A stretch of DNA of 64,000 nt from positions 1,922,001 through 1,986,000 of the forward strand of contig CATNEN010000002.1 of the NCBI GenBank assembly GCA_950097015.1, given 5' to 3'. Below are positions 35,990 to 47,367 of this stretch, in pieces. A model generated the notes under the pieces. That model was not told the DNA's origin. It did not search any database and was given only the letters and a program-made list of their open reading frames with translations. The position numbers and the translations under genes are program-made. The DNA comes from Macrostomum hystrix. Taxonomy: Eukaryota; Animalia; Platyhelminthes. Position 1 is the stretch's first letter, and every line of letters starts with the position of its first letter.

Positions 35990-36518
35990 GGATCTTGATA
36001 TCCCAATCTTGAATATCCTGTTATCCCAATCTTAGAAATCCTGTTATCCCAATCTTAGAAATCCTGTTATCCCAATCTTGAAAATCCTGTTATCCCAATC
36101 TTGAAAATCCTGTTATCCCAATCTTGATTATCCTGTTATCCCAATCTTAGAAATCCTGTTATCCCAATCTTGAATATCCTGTTATCCCAATCTTAGAAAT
36201 CCTGTTATCCCAATCTTAGAAATCCTGTTATCCCAATCTTAGAAATCCTGTTATCCCAATCTTAGAAATCCTGTTATCCCAATCTTAGAAATCCTGTTAT
36301 CCCAATCTTAGAAATCCTGTTATCCCAATCTTAGAAATCCTGTTATCCCAATCTTAGAAATCCTGTTATCCCAATCTTAGAAATCCTGTTATCCCAATCT
36401 TAGAAATCCTGTTATCCCAATCTTAGAAATCCTGTTATCCCAATCTTAGAAATCCTGTTATCCCAATCTTAGAAATCCTGTTATCCCAATCTTAGAAATC
36501 CTGTTATCCCAATCTTGA
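35990..36518. repeat. 23-bp minisatellite (ATCCTGTTATCCCAATCTTAGAA) in CLPTM1L intron 3
   Basis: Near-perfect tandem units. Confidence 0.97.
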
Positions 36519-36655
36519 TGATTCCATTATTTAATTCCGAAATATAATACTTGTTTATGCAAAAACACAAATAATGCTTTCCTTACTACTGTCCACGCAG
36601 CTGCAAGTAGTATAAAACGGAATTTAAATCGCTTAAGTAATAATTACCTTTACAG

Positions 36656-36765
36656 TCTGGCGCCCCCTGGATTCACTGGCGATCAGTGTTGACTATCAAT
36701 GCCCTGAATTCGCCGTTCGCTTTCGATCGGAACAACTTTCCTACCGAACTGCAACACCTTGTCAG
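36656..36765 (+). CDS. CLPTM1L: CLPTM1L exon 4
   Basis: SGAPWIHWRSVLTINALNSPFAFDRNNFPTELQHLV corresponds to the HWRPRL.LN region of CLPTM1L. Confidence 0.85.
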
Positions 36766-37181
36766 GTGAGCGATTGAAAAAGTTAATTAAATAGTTAATA
36801 CTAACTATCCAAATGGCAGGCGTTAAGTCAATTGAAATTCCTGGCTAAAATTCTAAATAAGTTTTCCAGCAACCATCATTTTAAAGTTCATTTTAATCAG
36901 CATGGAAAAGTTATTTAAGGTTATTAGGTTAGGTAAACTTAGGGTCAAGAGATTTCACATGAAAGGTCATTTAAGGTGACAAATTAAAGGATATTAAAGG
37001 TCACTTAATAAAGGACATTTAAGGTCAATAAGCACGTTTGAGGTCATCAGATTATCTGGCAAAGGTAATTTATGTAATTTTGGTAGTAAGGTAGTTTTTA
37101 TGACCTTCCTCCCACGCACTTCCCAGAGGTCATTTTTAGTCATCCTAGCATCCCATCCTTCAATGCCATCCCACCCGTCAG

Positions 37182-37683
37182 GCTGCAGTCGCAGGAGGCC
37201 TACTTGCCCGTCCTGGCTGCCAGCAGTTTGTCCTTCAAGGAGGCCGACCTGGTGCCAATCAACGCCAGCGACACGCGCGCCATCCTGACTCTCCGCTTCG
37301 AGCCTGTCAGCATCGGCCAGCTGCGACTGTGGCAGACACTGGAGGTCTCCGTGGAGTCTTTGAAAACTTTGGGCTTTCGCGACGCCGACATTGACGATGT
37401 TAAAGGCATATTTAGCGACACCAATTTCTACCTGCTATTGTTGACCATCTTCGTGTCGGTGTTTCATCTCGTGTTCGACTTTTTGGCATTTAAAAATGAC
37501 ATCTCCTTCTGGCGCAAGATGGACCGCAGTGTCGGCATTTCCAGCACGGCTGTGCTCTGGCGGTCAGTTAGCGGCTTCATTGTGCTTCTCTACCTTGCCG
37601 AAGAGAAAAGCAGCTTGTTGGTGGTTGTACCGGCTGCTATTCAACTCATCATTGAACTGTGGAAACTCTCTAAAGTGTTCAAG
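37182..37683 (+). CDS. CLPTM1L: CLPTM1L exon 5
   Basis: YLPVL...GQLRLW...DDVKGIFSDTNFYLLLLT...FDFLAFKNDISFWRK...IELWKLSKVFK. Confidence 0.95.
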
Positions 37684-37778
37684 GTAGGTTCTGGTTATGA
37701 ACCGTCTTTTGAAGATAATTTAGTCTTTGTCTAAGCTCTCTTCGCAATGCTTCTTTGTCTTCGGTTCGATTCTGACGG

Positions 37779-38004
37779 TTTTTTTTCATACTGTACGCAG
37801 GCACACGCTCACACAGGTGTGTACATCTGTCCTGACTTTCTCATCGTCAGGCAGTGTGCACTCTCACTGTGCCTTGGAGGTCGGCCCTCAATGCCGTCCG
37901 TAAATTGCACGACAAGTCCCCTAAGCCTTCTCGCCGCGGAATCGAGCTCAGGGACCTTGGTGCGAGAGGCAAACGCGTAAGACCGTTCTACCACTCACCC
38001 CCAC
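37779..38004 (-). mobile_element. tRNA-derived SINE with A-tail, in CLPTM1L intron 5
   Basis: The minus strand has an A-box-like GAGTGGTAGAACGG, a B-box-like GAGCTCGATTCC, a body shared with 9365 and 48195, and ends TATGAAAAAAAA. Confidence 0.7.
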
Positions 38005-38072
38005 AACAATAAGTCTTAGTCTGCGTCTAGATTTTGAAGTTTCTCGTTACAATGAGCCTTTGTCTTTGTCTA

Positions 38073-39392
38073 CGAGGGGTGGTTATTAAGTTCTCGGAAA
38101 AGTGTCCTTAAAATTATCGGATTTGGCTGAGTTTTCACACACTGAAAGGTCGTCCTACTAGCACTTCTCAACATAGCTTCCATCCAGATCCAAGCACTTC
38201 TGCAAGCGATGGAACCACGCATCAAAGCATCCCCTCAGGTCAACTTTGGTGAAGCAGTCCAGCTCAGTCTGCAGGGCAACCGCGAGCTCCTCCCTCGAAT
38301 TAAAGCGCTTTCCCTTCAGGTTCTTCTTCATCCTGGGAAAGAGGAAGAAGTCGGCAGGCGCGAGATCCGGCGAATATGCCGGATGTGGCAGCTGGACGAG
38401 CCGTGTCGCCTGCAGGAATTCCTGGGTCATTCTTGCCCTGTGAGCGGGAGCGTTGTCCTGGTGGAGGAAGATGCCCTTCTCATGCATCTTTGGCCGCTCC
38501 TGCGCAAGCGCTTGAAGAACCTGCGGCAAGCAGACTGTGGTGTACCATTCTGCGGTCACCGTGGCACCGTGATCCAGCAGCACGGGCGGCAGGATCCCGC
38601 AGCGACGGAAGAAAATGGCCGCCATCACTTTGCCGACACTGCGTTCTCGGCGGAATTTCAGCGGGGCATCCTCCTCATTGGTCACCCACTGACGACTCTG
38701 CTCTTTGGTCTCGGGTTCGTAGAAATAGACCCAAGTTTCGTCAGCAGTGAGGATGTTGTCCACCGATTTTGAAGCTCCCCCATTGAACTTGGCCAGCATC
38801 AGCTCGGCGAACTCAACGCGGGCTCGCATCTGATCTGCACTGAGTTGGTGGGGCACCCAGCGAGCAGACAGCTTCCGCATGCCCAGGTGTTGGTGCAGAA
38901 TCTTGATGATGGTTGAATGCGACACCCCCACGAGCTGCTCCAACCAACGAGTTGTCACTCGCCGATCCTCGTCGACGTGGCGTCGAACAGCAGCGACAAC
39001 TCCGTCCGAGATGGCTGAAATTGGACGACCCTCGCGAGGTTCGTCGTCCAGGGAGGCCGAGCCGCAGCGAAAGCGCGCAAACCATTCGTACACCATCGAC
39101 TGGGACGGGGCTTGATCCTCAAGGGCCGCACGAAGCGTCTGGTGACACGCAGCCGCAGTGCTGCCCAGGCGAAACTGCACCAGAATGGCTACCCGCCTGT
39201 CACGTTCGGTGAGCTGAGGCAGGGGTATTATGTTTTCTGTGGAACTTTGGCCACTGCGGCGCATCATTATGGCCGATTGAGCTGAAATTTTGCATGCAAG
39301 CATTGAATAGCCATCCCTACAACATAGTAAAATTTCGTGTCCCTAGCATCTTTCTAAATTACTTTTTCCGAGAACTTAATAACCACCCCTCG
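38073..39392 (-). mobile_element. Full-length mariner transposon, 1320 bp
   Basis: Perfect ~29-bp TIRs CGAGGGGTGGTTATTAAGTTCTCGGAAAA; TA TSD at 38071-72 and 39393-94; intact transposase. Confidence 0.97.
38158..39303 (-). CDS. Mariner transposase (D,D34D); may start at the ATG at 39267
   Basis: WVPHQL, ILTADETW, HQDNAPAH and YSPDLAPADF motifs; 34 residues counted between the last two Asp; no stops or frameshifts. Confidence 0.96.
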   Translation of the reverse strand: MLACKISAQSAIMMRRSGQSSTENIIPLPQLTERDRRVAILVQFRLGSTAAACHQTLRAALEDQAPSQSMVYEWFARFRCGSASLDDEPREGRPISAISDGVVAAVRRHVDEDRRVTTRWLEQLVGVSHSTIIKILHQHLGMRKLSARWVPHQLSADQMRARVEFAELMLAKFNGGASKSVDNILTADETWVYFYEPETKEQSRQWVTNEEDAPLKFRRERSVGKVMAAIFFRRCGILPPVLLDHGATVTAEWYTTVCLPQVLQALAQERPKMHEKGIFLHQDNAPAHRARMTQEFLQATRLVQLPHPAYSPDLAPADFFLFPRMKKNLKGKRFNSREELAVALQTELDCFTKVDLRGCFDAWFHRLQKCLDLDGSYVEKC

Positions 39393-39765
39393 TAGATTCT
39401 AAAGCTTTTACTCGCAAATGGTCTTTGTCTTAGTTTTTATCTAGATTCAGAAGGTTCTATTCACTATGAGTCTTTGTCTGTGTCTAGATTCTGAAGTTTC
39501 TCGTTACAATGAGTCTTTGTCTATGTCTAGATTCATACTCACAATGAGTCTTTGTCTGTGTGAAGATTCAGAAGGTTCTATTCACTATGAGTCTTTGTCT
39601 CTGTCTAGATTCAGAAGGTTATACTCACAATGAGTCTTTGTCTGTGTCTAGATTCGGAAGTTTCTCGTTACAATGAGTCTTTGTCTATGTCTAGATTCAT
39701 ACTCACTATGAGTCTTTGTCTGTGTCTAGTTTCAGAAGGTTCTACTCACTATGAGTCTATTCTCA
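39393..39765. repeat. ~43-bp minisatellite (ATGAGTCTTTGTCTGTGTCTAGATTCAGAAGGTTCTATTCACT), continued at ~38010-38072 on the other side of the mariner
   Basis: The unit is split at the TA of TGTCTA|GATTC by the transposon. Confidence 0.9.
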
Positions 39766-39785
39766 ATGAACCAATCACCGCACAG

Positions 39786-39981
39786 GTGTCAGTGAGCATT
39801 CGCGGCCTGACCTGGGCTCAGCAGACTGATGCCGAGAAACGAACTGGCGCTTTGGACTCTCAGGGAGCTCGCTATTTGTCCTACGTGATGCTGCCATTGT
39901 GCCTAGGCGCGCCAGTCTATTCGCTGATGTACGTGCCGCACAAGTCCTGGTACTCCTGGACTGTCAACAGCCTCGCCAACT
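39786..39981 (+). CDS. CLPTM1L: CLPTM1L exon 6
   Basis: VSVSIRGL...DSQGARYLSYVMLPLCLGAPVYSLMYVPHKSWYSWTVNSLAN. Confidence 0.93.
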
Positions 39982-39994
39982 GTGAGTTGTGCTC

Positions 39995-40668
39995 TCCTTT
40001 ATGGTCTGTTTTTGTCTGTAAATGGTCAGTTTTGTCTGTAATTTGTGTTTTTTGTGTCTGTAAATTGTCAGTTTTGTGTCTGTAAATTGTCTGTTTTTGT
40101 GTCTGTAAATTGTCTGTTTTTGTGTCTGTAAATTGTCTGTTTTGTGTCTGTCAATTGTCTGTTTTGTGTCTGTCAATTGTCTGTTTTGTGTCTGTCAATT
40201 GTCTGTTTTGTGTCTGTCAATTGTCTGTTTTTGCGTCTGTAAATTGTCTGTTGTCTGTTTTTGTCTGTAAATTGTCTGTTTTTGTCTGTAAATTGTCAGT
40301 TTTGTGTCTGTCAATTGTCTGTTTTGTGTCTGTAAATTGTCTGTTTTTGTGTCTGTAAATTGTCTGTTTTTGTGTCTGTAAATTGTCTGTTTTTGTGTCT
40401 GTAAATTGTCTGTTTTGTGTCTGTAAATTGTCTGTTTTGTGTCTGTCAATTGTCTGTTTTGTGTCTGTCAATTGTCTGTTTTTGCGTCTGTAAATTGTCT
40501 GTTGTCTGTTTTTGTCTGTAAATTGTCTGTTTTTGTCTGTAAATTGTCTGTTTTTGTGTCTGTAAATTGTCAGTTGTCTGTTTTGTCTGTAAATTGTCTG
40601 TTTTTGTCTGTAAATTGTCTGTTTTGTGTCTGTCAATTGTCTGTTTTGTGTCTGTAAATTGTCTGTTT
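39995..40668. repeat. ~20-22 bp TG-rich minisatellite (TGTCTGTAAATTGTCTGTTTT) in CLPTM1L intron 6
   Basis: Read directly. Confidence 0.95.
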
Positions 40669-41079
40669 CTAATAATCACCCATATGTAGATCGATCATAC
40701 CACTTATCCTTAGCTTATTATTGTTGTTATTGCTGCATATATCGGGCAAATCTTTGAGTTCGGTGTACAGCCTCAAACTGTTTGCTCTGCTTTCTCGCTG
40801 AGAAATTCTGAGTCTCTTCTACTCTCTCCCCCGTATTTCCTGGCTGTGCTCAAATTATATGCTCAGGTTTTGCTTCACTCAAACGAACCACTTTCCAGTC
40901 TCCGCCTCTTTCTCCTGATAAATTGTTATCCCAAATCTCCCTTCACCCAAGCCTTATTCAGATGAGTGACAGATATTTCCACTCAACCCTGTCCGTGTCC
41001 TAGAGAGTATATTAAAAAATAGTGTGATATTATATGCATATTCCACTACTATGTTTGTTCGGTACTAGACAAGTGGGTT

Positions 41080-41270
41080 AGATATGGAATATAAATGTTA
41101 GACAAATGTGTTAGATATGAATTTTTTATGTTTGACAAATGTGTTAGATATGGAATATAAATGTTAGACAAATGCGTTAGATATGGATTTTTAACTGTTA
41201 GAATTGTTTGTTAGATTTGGATTTGAGTTAAAAACAGTGTTAGATATAAATGTTAGATAGCAATGGTGTT
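41080..41270. repeat. Degenerate repeat (GACAAATGTGTTAGATATGGAA) in CLPTM1L intron 6
   Basis: Several degenerate units. Confidence 0.7.
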
Positions 41271-41306
41271 AGACACGGATGTAAGACGCCGCTGACCCAT
41301 CCGCAG

Positions 41307-41523
41307 GTGTGTACGCCTTCGGCTTCCTGTTCATGACGCCGCAGCTGTTCATCAACTACAAGCTAAAATCGGTGGCCCACCTGCCCTGGAAGGCGCTCAC
41401 CTACAAAGCCTTCAACACCTTCATTGACGACGTCTTTGCTTTTATAATCCGCATGCCTACAGCTCACCGCCTGGCCTGCTTCCGCGATGACGTCATCTTT
41501 ATCATTTACATGTACCAGCGCTG
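41307..41523 (+). CDS. CLPTM1L: CLPTM1L exon 7
   Basis: VYAFGFLFMTPQLFINYKLKSVAHLPWKALTYKAFNTFIDDVFAFII.MPTAHRLACFRDD, the CLPTM1 family signature. Confidence 0.97.
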
Positions 41524-41544
41524 GTGAGCAAGGGATTACCCAAA

Positions 41545-42405
41545 ATTGGCAATCCCCCAGACCCATGATTGGCAATCCCCCACACCCAACATTGACAATC
41601 CCCCCACACCCACCATTGACAATCCCCCACACCCAACATTGACAATCCCCCACACCCAACATTGACAATCCCCCACACCAATGATTGGCAATCCCCCAGA
41701 CCCATGATTGGCAATCCCCCACACCCACCATTGGCAATCCCCCACACCCACCATTGGCAATCCCCCACACCCACCATTGGCAATCCCCCACACCCACCAT
41801 TGGCAATTCCCCACACACACCATTGGCAATCCCCCACACCCAACAGTGGCAATCCCCCACACCCAACATTGGCAATCCCCCACACCCACCATTGGCAATC
41901 CCCCACACCCAACATTGGCAATCCCCCACACCCAACATTGACAATCCCCCACACCCACCATTGAAAATCCCCCACACCCACCATTGACAATCCCCCACAC
42001 CCAACATTGACAATCCCCCACACCCACCATTGAAAATCCCCCACACCCACCATTGACAATCCCCCACACCCAACATTGACAATCCCCCACACCCAACATT
42101 GACAATCCCCCACACCAATGATTGGCAATCCCCCAGACCCATGATTGGCAATCCCCCACACCCACCATTGGCAATCCCCCACACCCACTATTGGCAATCC
42201 CCCACACCCACCATTGGCAATCCCCCACACCCACCATTGGCAATCCCCCACACACACCATTGGCAATCCCTCACACCCAACATTGGCAATCCCCCACACC
42301 CAACATTGACAATCCCCCACACCCACCATTGACAATCCCCCACACCCAACATTGACAATCCCCCACACGAATGATTGGCAATCCCCCACACCCACCATTG
42401 GCAAT
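41545..42405. repeat. 23-bp C-rich minisatellite (CATTGGCAATCCCCCACACCCAC) in CLPTM1L intron 7
   Basis: Read directly. Confidence 0.97.
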
Positions 42406-42438
42406 GTTCCCAGTTCGCACTCCACTTGTTTTCCGCAG

Positions 42439-42568
42439 GCTCTACCCAGTGGACAAGAGTCGCACAAACGAATATGGTCAGTGCTTCGCGCCGGCTGGTG
42501 ATGAAATTGCTTCTACTGAAAATCGCCCTGCTGAGATTGACAATGACGGCAAAGTCAAGTCTGAGTAG
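42439..42568 (+). CDS. CLPTM1L: CLPTM1L exon 8 (last); total 546 aa
   Basis: (W)LYPVDKSRTNEYGQ...KSE*. Confidence 0.93.
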
Positions 42569-42624
42569 TTTGATATCCGTTGTGTGAGCTTGAACTGTTT
42601 ATGCCAACCTGGGAAACTACAAAC

Positions 42625-42630
42625 AATAAA
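42625..42630 (+). promoter_or_regulatory. Putative poly(A) signal of CLPTM1L
   Basis: AATAAA 56 nt after the stop codon. Confidence 0.5.
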
Positions 42631-42704
42631 TGATGCAATGCCAAACGAAATTCCAGATTTTGCAAATCAGCCTCTATTAAATATTAAGCCCTGATTTTCC
42701 TTAC

Positions 42705-43770
42705 CCCCTATGTACACTCTCCTCCGACCAGCCCCATTCTCTCACCCCCTATGTACATTCTTCCCCGACCAGCCCCTATTCTCTCACCCCCAATGTTCAC
42801 TCTCCCCCGACCAGCCCCATTCTCTCACCCCCTATGTACATTCTTCCCCGACCAGCCCCTATTCTCTCACCCCCAATGTTCACTCTCCCCCGACCAGCCC
42901 CATTCTCTCACCCCCTATGTACATTCTTCCCCGACCAGCCCCTATTCTCTCACCCCCAATGTTCACTCTCCCCCGACCAGCCCCATTCTCTCACCCCCTA
43001 TGTACATTCTTCCCCGACCAGCCCCTATTCTCTCACCCCCAATGTTCACTCTCCCCCGACCAGCCCCATTCTCTCACCCCCTATGTACATTCTTCCCCGA
43101 CCAGCCCCTATTCTCTCACCCCCAATGTTCACTCTCCCCCGACCAGCCCCATTCTCTCACCCCCTATGTACAATCTCCCCCGACCAGCCCCCATTCTCTC
43201 ACCCCCTATGTACAATCTCCCCCGACCAGCCCCATTCTCTCACCCCCTATGTACAATCTCCCCCGACCAGCCCCATTCTCTCACCCCCTATGTACATTCT
43301 CCCCCGACCAGCCCTATTCTCTCACCCCCTATGTACATTCTCCCCCGACCAGCCCTATTCTCTCACCCCCTATGTACATTCTCCCCCGACCAGCCCTATT
43401 CTCTCACCCCCTATGTACATTCTCCCCCGACCAGCCCCTATTCTCTCACCCCCAATGTACACTCTCCCCCGACCAGCCCCATTCTCTCACCCCCTATGTA
43501 CATTCTCCCCCGACCAGCCCCTATTCTCTTACCCCCTATGTACATTCTCCCCCGACCAGCCCCTATTCTCTTACCCCCAATGTACATTCTCCCCCGACCA
43601 GCCCCTATTCACTCACCCCTAATGTACATTCTCCCCCGACCAGCCCCTATTCTCTTACCCCCAATGTACATTCTCCCCCGACCAGCCCCTATTCACTCAC
43701 CCCTAATGTACATTCTCCCCCGACCAGCCCCTATTCTCACACCCCTAATGTACATTCTCTCCTAACCAGC
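42705..43770. repeat. ~41-42 bp C-rich minisatellite (CCCCTATGTACATTCTCCCCCGACCAGCCCCTATTCTCTCA)
   Basis: Read directly. Confidence 0.97.
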
Positions 43771-44834
43771 CCTTGATCTCTAATTACAGGCGCATAAACC
43801 TGCTAATTGTAGTCAGGTTTCTATTCATTCTGTTGGTTTCTGATCTTAATTTGCTCTGTTTTTTTAAAACAAATTTTTTGTTGATTTTCTGATAAGTTTT
43901 CATTCAACCTGGTCCACCACGTTTGTTAAAAATATTTATTATGCGGTATGTTGTTTGCTTTTCATATTAATTGTTTTAAAAACTTGTTGATTGTTTGTTA
44001 GTTTACAAGCGTCTTACTCGTCAATTACTTTGACTGTCGCACTGGTAGTCACAGCTTTTATTTTTCTATTTATTTCGCTACATGATACTCATGATTCGTT
44101 TTGACTCATACTTTGTGACTACTCTACTTCAGATCACTGATATGTAAGTCATTATTAAAAGATAGGTACAAATACATTGGTGACTACTTTTTGTTCGCTG
44201 TCTATTAAGCTAATTGCTTAACCATAGCTTGATTGCATAAGCAGCTTCGGTAAAAAAATTCAATCAATGTTTAAAATGTTTTGCTTTTATTAATTTCTTC
44301 CGATTTATTTTCTGTCTTGCTTGTTTTGTTTGTCTGTTTTTATAAGACACTGGATTAGACAGATATTTAATAAATCGCGATTTTTATGCTGAAATGACAA
44401 CCGATATGTATCGAAAATCGCAACTTGAAGCGAAAAGTCCTGGCACCGATATCCATCGAAAATACATAATTCTATGTAGGAGTTCTAGGTAGAAAATACA
44501 ACCGATATGTATCGAAAATATACAACTGTTGGTAAAATATACTGCCGATATGTTTCGAAAAAAATCTCTTCAGATTCTCGGTACAACGAAGTGCCGTATA
44601 TAATTTGGCTAATATGTGTGACTCTGGGCGTTCCTTGATAACTTTTCGAGTCCTAACAGTTTTTTTCTGAATCGTGTGACTTAACCATAATAAACAGACT
44701 GAGGTGAAGGCCGATAACCTTAGCTTTGCCAAACACATGCCCCTAATTTTGCTTCGTCTTCAGTTCCCTTGCGACGAAATTCAGATGCCTATTTCTCATT
44801 TACAATGTTTGTGTTTGCAATAATAGAACTCATA

Positions 44835-46545
44835 TACCTCCTGTCTATTCATATCTCTCTCCTCTCTCTTCATGTCTCCCTCCTCTCTCTTCATATCTCT
44901 CTCCTCTCTTCATATCTCTCTTCTCTCTTCATATCTCTCTCCTCTCTCTTCATGTCTCCATCCTCTCTCTTCATATCTCTCTCCTCTCTTCATATCTCTC
45001 TTCTCTCTTGATATCTCTCTCCTCTCTCTTCATATCTCTCCTCTCTATTCATATCTCTCTTCTCTCTTCATGTCCCTCTCCTCTCTTCATATCTCCCTTC
45101 TCTCTTGATATCTCTCTCCTCTCTCTTCATATCTCTCCTCTCTATTCATATCTCTCTTCTCTCTTCATGTCTCTCTCCTCTCTTTATATCTCTCTCCTCT
45201 CTTCATATCTCTCTCCTCTCTTCATATCTCTCTCCTCTCTTCATATCTCTCTCCTCTCTTCATATCTCTCTCCTATCTTCATATCTCTCTCCTTTCTTCA
45301 TATCTCTCTCCTGTCTTCATATCTCTCTCCTCTCTCTTCATGTCTCTCTCCTCTCTTCATATCTCTCTCCTCTCTTCATATCTCTCTCCTCTCTCTTCAT
45401 GTCTCTCTCCTCTCTTGATATCTCTCTCCTCTCTCTTCATATCTCTCCTCTCTATTCATATCTCTCTTCTCTCTTCATGTCCCTCTCCTCTCTTCATATC
45501 TCCCTTCTCTCTTGATATCTCTCTCCTCTCTCTTCATATCTCTCCTCTCTATTCATATCTCTCTTCTCTCTTCATGTCTCTCTCCTCTCTTTATATCTCT
45601 CCTCTCTCTTCATATCTCTCTCCTCTCTCTTCATATCTCTCCTCTCTATTCATATCTCTCTTCTCTCTTCATGTCTCTCTCCTCTCTCTTCATATCTCTC
45701 CTCTCTATTCATATCTCTCTCCTCTCTTCTTATCTCTCTCCTCTCTATTCATATCTCTCTCCTCTCTTCTTATCTCTCTCCTCTCTTCATATCTCTCTCC
45801 TCTCTTCATATCTCTCTCCTCTCTCTTCATATCTCTCCTCTCTCTTCATATCTCTCTCCTCTCTTCATATCTCTCTCCTCTCTCTTCGTATATCTCTCCT
45901 CTCTTCATATCTCTCTCCTCTCTTTATATCTCTCTCCTCTCTTCATATCTCTCTCCTCTCTTCTTATCTCTCTCCTCTCTTCATATCTCTCTCCTCTCTT
46001 CATATCTCTCTCCTCTCTCTTCATATCTCTCCTCTCTCTTCATATATCTCTCCTCTCTTCATATCTCTCTCCTCTCTTTATATCTCTCTCCTCTCTTCAT
46101 ATCTCTCTCCTCTCTTCTTATCTCTCTCCTCTCTTCATATCTCTCTCCTCTCTTCATATCTCTCTCCTCTCTCTTCATATCTCTCCTCTCTCTTCATATC
46201 TCTCTCCTCTCTTCATATCTCTCTCCTCTCTCTTCATATCTCTCCTCTCTCTTCATATCTCTCTCCTCTCTTCATATCTCTCTCCTCTCTCTTCATATAT
46301 CTCTCCTCTCTTCATATCTCTCTCCTCTCTTCATATCTCTCTCCTCTCTCTTCATATCTCTCCTCTCTATTCATATCTCTCTTCTCTCTTCATGTCTCTC
46401 CTCACTCTTAATGTCTCCCTCCTCTCTTTTCATGTCTCTCTCCTCTCTCTTCATATCTCTCTCCTCTCTCTTCATGTCTCTCTTTACATCTCTCCTCTTT
46501 CTTAATATCTCTCTTATCTCTCTCATCTCTTCCAGTCTCTCTCAT
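44835..46545. repeat. CT-rich simple-repeat tract ((CT)n-CTTCATAT variants)
   Basis: Read directly. Confidence 0.95.
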
Positions 46546-47367
46546 CTGTCTTCAAATCTCATCCTACAATAATCTCCAACCATGTTAAAAAACTCCTCGT
46601 TCTACCCCGCAAATATCCGAGCCTCACTAATGAGCAATCAGGGTGTGCACCAGCTGTCCTGTCTTATCTCGGGTAGAATCTAAGTCGCAGTTAATCAGTA
46701 TCAGGTCTTGCGTATCGACCAGAGTCACCTGACAACTAGGCCATCTGTTTGAGTCACTTTAGAATGCGATATCACGCGGCAGATAACATTCGCGATAAAA
46801 AAGATAGTCTGCTAATTGCAAGAAATATTGGTTCTTATCTTCTTCTAAACTAGAATTCTATTTTTGGCAGTTATATTTCGATTTAGCTTGTGTTTTATGT
46901 AGCTGCCAATTTTCCATATTTTAATCTTTGCCGCTTTGATATCCATTTAATGCAACAAAAGTGTACAGCGATACTAAAAGTACATCCATTCGGCTATTTT
47001 TACTCGCAATTTCCATCAAATTATTCCTAATTGGGGCTGTGTAATATCCTATGCGTCAATTTCCGCTGTTCTTGAATGATGTGAATCTCAGCTAATTAAC
47101 TAATTCAGTTCCATCGCTCGCCGCAGTGACGCAGAAAACCAATGCGAAATTGCCACATTGTAAGCACTGATTTCCGTAACACAGCAGTCTAAGCAGAACA
47201 AAGACACCAAAGCAAAGTCATTGGGTTGAATGCCGGGTTAGCAGACTAGAGCACAACATGAATCTTTGTGGCAACTGTCTCAACTCTTTTGAATTCCTTG
47301 CAATTTATTTATTTATTTGTTTTTTTCGTTCTCGCGTTAAATTTTCGTTGCGCAACTTTGCGTGACG

